From: Saprospirales bacterium
GTDB taxonomy: Bacteria > Bacteroidota > Bacteroidia > Chitinophagales > Saprospiraceae
Length of the DNA stretch: 64,000 nucleotides
Assembly: GCA_031398055.1 (NCBI GenBank)
Contig: JANNMS010000263.1
Coordinates: 5,488 to 69,487 of the forward strand
Direction of reading: 5' to 3'
Positions 19,504 through 30,700 of this stretch are shown one piece after another (the stretch's first letter is position 1; the number at the start of each line of letters is the position of its first letter). The notes under the pieces are model-generated. The model saw nothing but the letters and a program-made list of their open reading frames with translations. It had not been told where the DNA came from and made no database searches. The position numbers and the translations under genes are program-made.

Positions 19504-19612
19504 TTGTCCGCGTTTGCTGAACAAAATTGAGGTTTTTATTTTTCTTGTCCAAAAATCACGGAAATAATTTTTTTTTGTCCAGAAATACAGACGGATTTTT
19601 TTTGTTGGACAA
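19504..19612. promoter_or_regulatory. Array of TTGTCC boxes (three direct, one inverted) in a divergent promoter region
   Basis: ttgtcc at 19504; ttgtccaaaaatcacgga at 19545-19562; ttgtccagaaatacagacgga at 19575-19595; inverted ttggacaa at 19605-19612. Confidence 0.4.
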
Positions 19613-19786
19613 TTGAAAATGCGTTGACTTTTGCAGTACTTTTTAAGAAGGACAGAATTTAATTGCAATTAAATTTGAAAACATTTTTTCACGCATCACC
19701 AAAATCTCGTACTCAATGAAACAACAATTGATTAAAAAGTACATTTTTTTATATTCACCATCAACTAATTTTTTTCAAAAACCATA

Positions 19787-19821
19787 GAGTGGGCAATTGA
19801 TACTTGAATCATTGCCCACTC
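19787..19821. promoter_or_regulatory. Perfect 11-bp inverted repeat 16 nt upstream of the lipoprotein gene start
   Basis: gagtgggcaat (19787-19797) pairs with attgcccactc (19811-19821). Confidence 0.5.
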
Positions 19822-19836
19822 ATAAAAATATAGCAA

Positions 19837-20622
19837 ATGAAAAAATCAATAGCATATTTGATCAGTTTGGGCTTGCTTATTTTTGCTTCTTGCAAAAAAG
19901 ACCCTGATTGCCCACCTGCTATTTCTTCTGGCAATAATTGTGAACTTTTTGCCCACCGCAGTTATCCTCAATTGGACATCAGTAACAATCCGGCTGCTTG
20001 GTACAAGGCAGATATTGAAGGTAGGTTTACAAGTGTAGGCACAGGTTATGAAGAAGGTGGTTTGTATTATGACCTTGCATTGTACAATGTTTATAGAACC
20101 ACCACACCGGTTTTCAATCCAAACGGCACGGAAAAAAGATTTAATCTTTATCAGATGGGATTCAAATTGTTTAAAACCAAAGATTTTCTTGGAAAACCGT
20201 ATGGGCTTTTGCGGCTTCGCTCTCCTTTTTTTGACAAGGATACTGTTGCAAACCAAATCCAATTTGTTGAAAATTTATTGACACCCGGAGAAAAATTAGT
20301 AGATGATGGCACGGATGAAGGCATTGGATGGAATATATATTTTGATTTAACAGAAACAATTACTTCGGCCAATCAAACAAATACAAGTGGCGCGCCCATG
20401 TTTACAAATGCAGCCTTTCAAAGTGTACCATTCAACAAATTTAAAATTACAGAAGTACAAAAAGAAGACTTGGGTGCAAGTGTCCGTTTTACATTTTTCT
20501 GTGAATTTCAGGGAGAACTTTACAGAGAAGCCACCAACCCTGCTGACGGTACTGACTATGGCAAATATTTCGGCAGGATAGAAAACGCCACCGCCAAATT
20601 TTACATAGACGTAAACAAATAA
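19837..20622 (+). CDS. Hypothetical lipoprotein
   Basis: Lipobox LLIFASCKKD. No recognisable domain. Confidence 0.6.
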   Translation: MKKSIAYLISLGLLIFASCKKDPDCPPAISSGNNCELFAHRSYPQLDISNNPAAWYKADIEGRFTSVGTGYEEGGLYYDLALYNVYRTTTPVFNPNGTEKRFNLYQMGFKLFKTKDFLGKPYGLLRLRSPFFDKDTVANQIQFVENLLTPGEKLVDDGTDEGIGWNIYFDLTETITSANQTNTSGAPMFTNAAFQSVPFNKFKITEVQKEDLGASVRFTFFCEFQGELYREATNPADGTDYGKYFGRIENATAKFYIDVNK

Positions 20623-20634
20623 ACACCATTCAAA

Positions 20635-21114
20635 ATGCCAACCATCAAATTTGCCCCTTTTTTCACAGCATTTGTGTTGTTTTTTGTGTCTCAAAAAGAA
20701 ATCTCGGCACAAAACCTGCGCGACACCACGCCCATTTTCATCAATTATGGTGGGCTTTTCAAAAATGGATATTATCTCAAAAGCGGCACGAAATATCCGC
20801 TGGGTTTTAATTTTTCCAATTTGGACAAGGAATTTAAAGATTTTCCGAAAGCACACGCGCTTTTTGTCAAAGGAAAAAAGAAAGAAGGCTGGTCAAAAGC
20901 CCTCGAAACGGTGGGTTCGTTGGCCACGATTGCAGGAATTATCCACATCGAAAACCAACTTTCGAAAGACAAAATCAACAGAAATCAAATAGAATGGGGT
21001 TTGACGGGCATTTTCGCAGGGATGCTCATCGAGTTTGCTTGGTCCGTGCCACTGTCAAAACGCGCCCGAAACCACATTAACGAAGCCGTTTATTGGCGTG
21101 GACTTGGGTATTAG
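20635..21114 (+). CDS. Hypothetical membrane/secreted protein
   Basis: Signal peptide ...FVSQKEISAQ and a C-terminal hydrophobic segment. It lies 12 nt after the lipoprotein gene. Confidence 0.55.
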   Translation: MPTIKFAPFFTAFVLFFVSQKEISAQNLRDTTPIFINYGGLFKNGYYLKSGTKYPLGFNFSNLDKEFKDFPKAHALFVKGKKKEGWSKALETVGSLATIAGIIHIENQLSKDKINRNQIEWGLTGIFAGMLIEFAWSVPLSKRARNHINEAVYWRGLGY

Positions 21115-21242
21115 AGAACCGAACGTCGGCAATGGTTGAAAAACGAAGGTCGAAAAGGCATTTTTGATTTCTGGGAACCCGGCCAGGCGGGTTGTTCGAA
21201 CTATCCAATGGTTAGACAACAGCGGCCAACCCGCCAGTACAT

Positions 21243-21287
21243 AAAATTTTAGGAAAAAAGTAAACCCAGCAGGTGAATTTCCGTGGG
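21243..21287. repeat. Copy B of the ~45-bp direct repeat
   Basis: It matches 17890-17934. It sits immediately upstream of the candidate atpD -7 box. Confidence 0.85.
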
Positions 21288-21294
21288 CAATTTT

Positions 21295-21302
21295 TACTTT
21301 TG
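21295..21302 (+). promoter_or_regulatory. Candidate Bacteroidota -7 promoter element (TAnnTTTG) for atpDC
   Basis: tacttttg lies about 80 nt upstream of the atpD ATG. Confidence 0.3.
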
Positions 21303-21375
21303 CGCGGCTTTACGAAAACAGGGGTTTCCGAAAGGATATTCTGCCGACCCCAATTTTTTAAGATTCAATACCTAA

Positions 21376-22899
<1,524 letters not shown>

Positions 22900-22903
22900 T
22901 CTT

Positions 22904-22980
22904 AACTATGAACTATGAACTATGAACTATGAACTTTTGAGGTTTGTAGGTTTATAGTTCATAGTTCATAGTTCATAGTT
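22904..22980. repeat. 'Word' hairpin: AACTATG x4.5 facing CATAGTT x3.5, intercistronic between atpD and atpC
   Basis: Left arm 22904-22935, right arm 22953-22980, with at least 26 bp complementary. Confidence 0.9.
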
Positions 22981-22989
22981 TAAAGAAAT

Positions 22990-23238
22990 ATGAATTTATT
23001 GATTCTTTCTCCTGAAAAGGAAATTTTCTCCGGACAGGTAAAATCTGTCAAAGTTCCGGGGCAGGACGGACAATTTGAAATGCTCGAAAATCACGCGGCC
23101 ATTGTCGCAGCGTTGGGTCGCGGCGAGGTTCGGATTATAAAATCTGACAACTCGCGCATGACTTTTGGCGTCGAAGGCGGTTTTGTCGAAATGATAAACA
23201 ACGAAGTTTCGTTGCTCGTTTCCAGTGTGAAAGAGTGA
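22990..23238 (+). CDS. atpC: F1 ATP synthase epsilon subunit (short form)
   Basis: Epsilon beta-sandwich pattern ...VKVPGQDGQFEMLENHAAIVAAL. It sits immediately downstream of atpD. Confidence 0.85.
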   Translation: MNLLILSPEKEIFSGQVKSVKVPGQDGQFEMLENHAAIVAALGRGEVRIIKSDNSRMTFGVEGGFVEMINNEVSLLVSSVKE

Positions 23239-23268
23239 TTTTTTGGGGCAAAATTTCTTTTGAAAAAA

Positions 23269-23308
23269 TAAAAAGGCGCGGTCAACTTCGGTTGCCGCGC
23301 CTTTTTTG
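23269..23308. terminator. Bidirectional Rho-independent terminator between convergent atpC and paaA
   Basis: ggcgcggtcaac-ttcg-gttgccgcgcc at 23275-23301, flanked by an A-run and a T-run. Confidence 0.8.
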
Positions 23309-23328
23309 TTTATTTTTTTGTAAAAAAA

Positions 23329-24294
23329 TCACGCAGCCAAACTCTCCGCCTGCCGCATTTTCTGCTTTTCAGAATACGCCACCGCCGCATCCCGCACCCA
23401 TTCCCCCTCTTCCCAAGCCTTCGTCCGCGTCCGAATTCGTTGTTTGTTGCACGGCCCGTTGCCTTTCACGACGTTCCAAAATTCGTCCCAATTTGGTGTC
23501 CCAAAATCGTAATGGCCACGTTCCGCGTTCCATTTCAAATCTGGGTCGGGCAAGGTGAGGTTCAAAACCTTGACCTGCTCCGCAATCATATCCACAAAAC
23601 GCTGCCGCAATTCGTCGTTTGAAAAAAGTTTGATTTTCCATTTCATGCTCGTTTCCGAGTTCGTGGATTCACCATCCGGCGGGCCAAACATCATCACTGC
23701 CGGCCAAAACCAACGATTTATCGCTTCCTGAGCCATCTGTTTTTGCGCCTCGCTGCCCTGCGAAAGCACCAGTAAAATCTCAAAACCTTGCCGTTGGTGA
23801 AAACTTTCTTCCTTGCAAACCCGCACCATCGCCCTGCCGTACGGCCCGTACGAACTCCGGCAAATGGGGATTTGGTTCAAAATCGCCGCCCCGTCGACCA
23901 ACCAACCGATCGCGCCCATGTCTGCCCACGAAATCGTCGGATAATTAAAAATGGACGAATATTTTGCCTTGCCAGAGTGCAATTCCTCGACCATCGTATC
24001 TCGATCAATGCCCAAAGTTTCGGCGGCGGAGTACAAATACAGGCCATGCCCGGCCTCGTCCTGCACTTTTGCGAGCAGGATTTTTTTTCGTTTCAGGCTC
24101 GGGGCGCGGGTAATCCAATTGCCTTCGGGCAACATCCCAACGATTTCGGAGTGCGCGTGCTGGCCGATTTGCCGGATCAAAGTTTTTCGATAGGCATCCG
24201 GCATCCAATCTTTTGGTTCGATGCGGATCCCAGCATCAATTTTTGCCTGAAATTCGGCTTCGAGGTCGTGTATTTTTTCTGATGGATTTGTCAT
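23329..24294 (-). CDS. paaA: 1,2-phenylacetyl-CoA epoxidase catalytic subunit PaaA-like (di-iron oxygenase)
   Basis: ...[29 protein letters not shown]...[12 protein letters not shown]...[10 protein letters not shown] prefer the start MTNPSE at 24294. Confidence 0.8.
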   Translation of the reverse strand: MTNPSEKIHDLEAEFQAKIDAGIRIEPKDWMPDAYRKTLIRQIGQHAHSEIVGMLPEGNWITRAPSLKRKKILLAKVQDEAGHGLYLYSAAETLGIDRDTMVEELHSGKAKYSSIFNYPTISWADMGAIGWLVDGAAILNQIPICRSSYGPYGRAMVRVCKEESFHQRQGFEILLVLSQGSEAQKQMAQEAINRWFWPAVMMFGPPDGESTNSETSMKWKIKLFSNDELRQRFVDMIAEQVKVLNLTLPDPDLKWNAERGHYDFGTPNWDEFWNVVKGNGPCNKQRIRTRTKAWEEGEWVRDAAVAYSEKQKMRQAESLAA

Positions 24295-24383
24295 TTTCAA
24301 TAAAAATTTTGAGTTGCAAAAGTAGGAAATCAGGTTTTGGGAAACTGAAAATTCCCCCAAAATCTAAAACACTTTGAACAACC

Positions 24384-24577
24384 ATGGGAACACGGAAAAC
24401 ACGGAGGACACGGAATTTCACGGAATTCTTGATTCAAAAAATTTTTGCCGTTGTTGGCGTCCTCGCCAACAACTATTTTTCGCTAAAAACTTCCGAAAAA
24501 AAATTGTTGGCGAGGACGCCAACAATGGCAAAAAAGTAGCCCTGCGGATTTCGGAAAATTGAAAATTTTCCGAAATC
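24384..24577. repeat. Repeat-rich leader region upstream of the giant adhesin: CACGGA x4 direct words, a 22-bp inverted pair, and a 14-bp-stem palindrome
   Basis: cacgga words at 24384-24424. ttgttggcgtcctcgccaacaa (24451-24472) pairs with ttgttggcgaggacgccaacaa (24504-24525). gatttcggaaaattgaaaattttccgaaatc at 24547-24577. Confidence 0.85.
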
Positions 24578-24703
24578 TCAGAACAATGGCTCTCCCACCG
24601 CACAAAATTTTGAAAAATTTTCCCCACTCCATCCATCATTGTACTTTGCACGCAATTCCAAAAAATCTTTCAAAGTAATCCAGTTCGAAATCCAAACCAA
24701 CTG

Positions 24704-27700
24704 ATGAAAAAATCTTTCCTCCATTTTTTGGTAGTTGCCCAGTTCATTTCCCCAATTCTTTTGTTTGGCCAATGCCCCCCGCCGGGAATGCCAGTCGCGG
24801 GCGGCACCTGCCTCACCGCGCCTCTGATTTGCGAAAATTTGGACGGCTACTGCGCCACCATCAGTTCAACAAACAATCCCGTTGCCTTCCCCGGTTGCGC
24901 CGGTTCGAATTTGAACAATGACGATTGGTTGGCATTTATCGCCGGCAGCACCCAGATTTCCATCCAAATTTCGCCCTCAAATTGCGTTTTGATGCCGCCA
25001 TTTATGGGTTTGCAAGGCGCGATTTACAGTTCGTGCAGCAACCAAACGGCCAATGTTTTGGACGTTCAATGCCCCTGTTCGACCGTGCCGTTCATTTTGG
25101 AATCGGCCAATTTTGTGGTCGGCCAGACCTATTTTTTGGTTTTGGACGGCTGCATCAGCAATGTTTGCGATTTTTCAATCGACATCATTTCCGGCAGCAC
25201 CGGCGCAGCTGCACCGCCAAATCCGGGAAATATCAGTGGCCCAAATTCGGTTTGCGAAAATTCCACGTCCATTTTCAGCCTCGCCGCCGTGCCGAATGCG
25301 TCCAATTATTCTTGGACTTTGACTCCCGCCATCGGCGATCTCGACCCCGAAAACAGCCCAAATCCGACCACCAACATCACGTGGACGTCCACCGGAACGA
25401 CCCAACTTTGCGTCACGGCCTCGAACAATTGTCAATCCAACCCCACCCAATCCTGTAAAACCATCACTGTAAATCCTTCGCCGACTGCCGAAATGTCGGG
25501 CGGCGGATTGTTGTGCGACTCGAATCCGCCGGCCGTCCCGGTCGAAATCGAATTTTCAGGCAACGCGCCGTGGACATTTATTTACTCAAAAAACAACGTG
25601 AACCAATCCGCAATCACCACTTCCAGCAATCCGTACATTTTACAAATCACCATGCCCGGCGATTTTGAACTGATTTCGGTGACGAGCGGAGGCTGCCCCG
25701 GCACGGTTTCCGGCTCGGCAATCGTCAGTGGCTCAGATTTTGATATTTCTGGAATGACCGAAAATTCAACTTGCGGTTTGGAAAATGGCAGCATTAATTT
25801 ATCAATTTCCGGCGGATCACCAGATTTTATCTTTTATTGGTCGAACGGTGAAAACATCGAAGACCTCGACGAGTTGCTCCCCGGAAATTTTTCCGTGACC
25901 GTTTTCGACGACAACGGCTGCTCGGCCACCGAAAATTTTACCGTCGGAAACACCTTCGTCAACATCAATATTTCTGGAAATACTTCGCCCAACACTTTTT
26001 GCGGCAGCACCGGAAACGGCAGCATCGAAACCAACATTTCGCCCGCCGACCCCAATTTTCAATTCGATTGGTCAAACGGCGAAAACACCCAAAATATCGC
26101 CGATTTGCTCCCCGGAAACTACCAAATCACCGTGATTTTGGGTTCAACTTGTTCAGAAACCGCCAATTTCACCGTCGCCGAAGAGCCCGATTTGCCTGAA
26201 ATTGATGCCACGACCAACCCCACAATTTGCAATTTGGAAAATGGAAACATCGAAATTTCAATTTCCGGCGGCGTCGCACCGTTCAATTTTGATTGGTCGA
26301 ACGGCAGTTTTTTCCAAAATCAAACCGACCTCGCCGCCGGAAATTACACCGTAACCGTCTCAGGCTCAGACGATTGCACCGCCGAACTTTCTATATTTCT
26401 GGAAAATGAAAACCCGGAAATCACCATTTTTGAATCCATCGAACCAAACACAAATTGTCTCGCTGGAAACGGCAGCATTTCTATTTTTCTCGACCCTGTC
26501 GATTCGCCGACCGGGCAGCCGTATCAAATTTTTTGGTCAAATGGCGACACCGGTTTTTCCATTTTCGATTTGCCCGCCGGCGATTTTTCAGTTTCAATAA
26601 ATGATGCCGGATGCACTGCCGAAGCCAATTTTTTGGTAGAAAATGAAACCACCTCGCCCCTTTTTCAAGTTTTTTCCGAACCAGAAATTTGTGGGGCGAG
26701 CAACGGCAGCATCGAAATTGAAATCGTGGACGGCCTCGCACCTTTCGATTTTGAGTGGTCGAACGGCAGTTTTTTACAAAATCAAAACAGCCTCGCCGCC
26801 GGAAATTACATTTTGACGGCCACCGATTTTGGCGGCTGCACGGCCACGCTCGAAGTTGAAATTTTGAATGAATCCGTCCCGCCCACCGCGACCGCCGTGC
26901 CGACCGCCGAAATTTGTGGCCAAAACAACGGTGCTATCAATCTCACGGCCACTACTTCAAACTTGCCGATGACTTTTTTGTGGTCAAATAATGCCGTTTC
27001 GGAAGATTTGTCCGGCCTGCCCGCTGGAAATTTTACGGCAACCGTCACCGATTTTTTGGGATGCTCGACCACCGTTTCGGCGACCGTCGGCAGCACTGAT
27101 TTTTTGATAAATATTTCCGCCACCACCTCGCCCAACACTTCGTGCGCGACTCCGAACGGCAGCATTTTTGTAAATACTTCGCCCCAAAACCCACCATTTG
27201 GAAATTACAATTTCGCGTGGTCGAGCGGCGAAACGACCCAAAATTTGACCAATTTGGCGGCTGGAAATTACATTTTGACCGTTTCAGCAGGTGGAAATTG
27301 CACGGCGACCGACACATTTTCGGTGGCCAACCAAGCCGTTTTTCCTGAAATTTCTGAAAATATTTCGCCCACGATTTGCAACGATTCGAGTGGTGCGATT
27401 GATTTGACCATCTCGCCAGCGGCTCTCTCGCCGTGCATTTTTTCATGGTCAAACAATTCAAAAACGGAAGATTTGACCAATTTGACTGCCGGAAATTACA
27501 CCGTGACCGTCACCGCCGCGAACGGTTGCACCGTTTCAAAAACCGAAAATGTGCCGAACAACAGTTCAAATTTTCAAATTTCCGGCACCGCCACGCCCGT
27601 CGTTCGATGCGATTCGCCGAACGGTTCGGTTGTTTTGACCGTCTCGCCACCATCTGGAAATTATGTTTTTTTGTGGTCGAACGGCGCAACGACGCCAGAT

Positions 27701-30700
27701 TTGAGCGGTCTGTCGCCGGGTAATTTTTCGGTTGTGGTCAATATTTCCGGTTCGGTTTCTTGCCCCGCCGCCGCCAATTTTTCGGTTTTGGACAACCGTG
27801 TTTTGCCTTCGCTTTCGCAAAATATTTTGCCCACAACCTGCGGCGAGGCCAACGGAAACATCAATTTGACAGTCGGCGGCGGCCAATTTCCCTACCTTTT
27901 TGATTGGTCAAATGGTGAAAAAACCCAAAATCTCGACTCACTCGTCGCTGGAAATTACGCCGTTTCGGTCTCGGACGCGAACGGTTGCTCGGCTTCGGCG
28001 ACCGTCAATTTGCCCGACAACCCGACCGATTTTGACATCATTTCAAAAGTAAAACCCAACAATTTTTGTCCCGCCTCAGGCGGGACGAACGGTGAAATTG
28101 ACCTCATTTTGAGTCCGCCGGGAAATTTTTCGTTCGCGTGGTCGAACAATTTTCCCAACCTCGACCAACAAAATCTGCCGGCCGGAAACTATTCAATCAC
28201 CGTGACGCTCGGCCAACACTGCACAAAAACCGCCGATTTTTTGATTGAAAACCAGCAGATTTTGCCCGAAATTTCAGGAAAAATCAGCCCAGATATTTGC
28301 AACGGCGGCGTCGGAAACATTGATTTGACGACCGTCGGAGTCGCCCCGCTCTCCTTTTTTTGGTCAAATGGCGCGGCAACCGAGGATTTGACAAACCTAT
28401 TTTCTGGCAATTTTTCAGTCACCGCGACGGCTGCAAATGGCTGCACGGCCACCCAAAATTTTTCAGTCAGAAACAACTCCAACACATTCACTTTCAACGG
28501 TTTAGCAACAGAAAACACGAGTTGCACCAGCCCGAACGGCACCGTTTTTTTAACTTTAAATCCAAGTCAACCGGCGTCTGGAAATTACATTTTTTTGTGG
28601 TCAAACGGCGCGACGACCCAAAATTTGGGCAACCTGCCGCCCGGCAATTTTTCGGTGACGATTTCGGATGGCGGCACCTGCAGCGCCGCCGCAAATTTTT
28701 TGGTGGAAAACAAAACGCCCGCCCCCAAAATTTCCGGCACGGCTACCGACGTAAAATGTTTTGGTGAAAAAACGGGCGCGATCAATTTTTCAATTTCCGA
28801 CGGCCAACCGCCCTATTTTTTGGATTGGTCGCCCGCTGTCGCTGACCCAAATTCACCACAAAATTTGCCTGCCGGAAATTACAATTTGACCGCGACCGAC
28901 GCGGTGGGCTGTTTTTCGACCGCCAATTTTTCGGTTGCCGAACCCACCGCCGCCCTCGATTTTCAATGCCAAAAAATTTCGGACGTTTCGATTCCCGGCA
29001 CGGCAGACGGCGGGGCGCAGCTGTTTTTTGACGGTGGAACGATGCCATATTTTTTCGATTGGTCGCCCGGCGGCGGCCAGCCGTCGGCAGTTTCCGGGGA
29101 CGTTTTTGACTTAAATAATTTGCCTGCCGGAAATTTTTCGGCCACCGCGACCGATGCCAACGGCTGCACCGCCACCTGCGATTTTCAAATTTCAACCACG
29201 ACCTCAAATTGCCAAACAGCCGTCGGCACGATGGACATTTTAGCAAAAAGAATTTGTGGAAATGGTTGTTTTTCAGCGACTTACAACCCAACCGGGCAAA
29301 TTTTGGACGCCGACGACGGCTTGCAATTTATTTTGCACACGGGCAGCGGCACTCAAATTTTGGGCGAAATCGCCCGCGCCGACCAGCCAAATTTTTGCTT
29401 CGACTCCTCAAAAATGGACTTCGGGATCACTTATTTTGTCTCCGCCGTCGCCGGAAATTTGGACGCCGCCGGGCAAGTTGATTTGTCCGAAAAATGCACG
29501 GTCGTCGCGCCGGGAACGCCCATTTTATTTTTAAAAATTCCGACAGCAACCATCGCCCCGCACTCGGATTTGAATTGTTTTTTTAAAAAAATCAGCCTCG
29601 CGGGTTCGTCCGATTTGCCGGGCGCAAGTTTTTCATGGTCGGCTGAAAATGGTGGACAAATTTCGAGTTTGACCAATTTTCCAAATATTTTGGCAACGGC
29701 TGCGGGCGATTTCCAATTAATTATTTCGGTAAATGGTTGCGCTGACACCACAACAACGTCAGTCGCGGATTTTTCAAACCTCATTTCGGCAGCGATTTTG
29801 GCAGACCCGGCGGCGGTTTTGGATTGCAAAATCAAGACCGTGAATTTGTCCGCCGAAGTTTCCGGCAGCCAAAATTTGGAAATAAATTGGTTGGCGAACG
29901 GCACGCAATTTTCTCAAAATCAACAAATTACGGTCGAAGCGGCGGGCATTTTTTCACTCGTCGCGCTCGATACTTTGACTTTTTGCAGCGACACCGCGAG
30001 CCTCGAAATTTTGGAAAATGAAAAATATCCGCCGCTCGTCGTCGCGCCCGTTTTGCCATTGACCTGCGCCGATTCTATCGTGATTTTGCAGGGCAGTTCC
30101 CCGATTCAAAACATTGATTTTCAATGGTTTCAGTTGGTTGGGGCGGACACAATTTTGGTAAAAAATGGGGCAACGGCTGCCGTAAAATTTCCCGGGAAAT
30201 ACCTGTTTTTTGGCCGCGACAAGACGAACGGCTGCACCAATTTCACCTCCCAAACCGTCCTCGCCGACCTGCAAAAACCGATTGCCGATGCCGGAAATTC
30301 TTTCATTTTGGATTGTTTTTCGCCCACTCAATTTTTGGACGGCAGTAATTCGGCGAGCGGCGGCGGCATTTTGCAATATTTTTGGACAACTTTTGATGGA
30401 AATTTTGTGGCCGGAAATACAAGTTCAAAACCAGAAATCAACCATGCCGGAACCTATTCTTTGACCGTGACCGATGCCAAAAACGGCTGCACGGACACTG
30501 ATGAAATTGCAATTTTTTCAAATGCACCGACCCTCGAAACAGTTGTCGTCCAACCAAAATGTTTTGGTGAAAAAGGCAGTTTGGATTTGTCAAAAACGAC
30601 GGGGGGCACGCCCCCGTTTCGATTTTCGGCGGACGGCGGCTCGACCTTTTCTGACCAAAAAATTTACCAAAATTTGGCCGACGGCGACTACTTTTTGGTG

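Noticed and set aside
17890-21287. Calling the repeat-flanked block a mobile genetic island
   Set aside because: There is no integrase, transposase, tRNA attachment site or terminal inverted repeats. Only the 45-bp direct repeat and the gene truncation support an insertion, so I report it as a finding rather than as a mobile_element feature.
24384-24577. Possible CRISPR array (short direct CACGGA repeats and repeated 22-mers)
   Set aside because: The repeats are far too short or are in inverted orientation. There are no regularly spaced unique spacers and no cas genes in the window.
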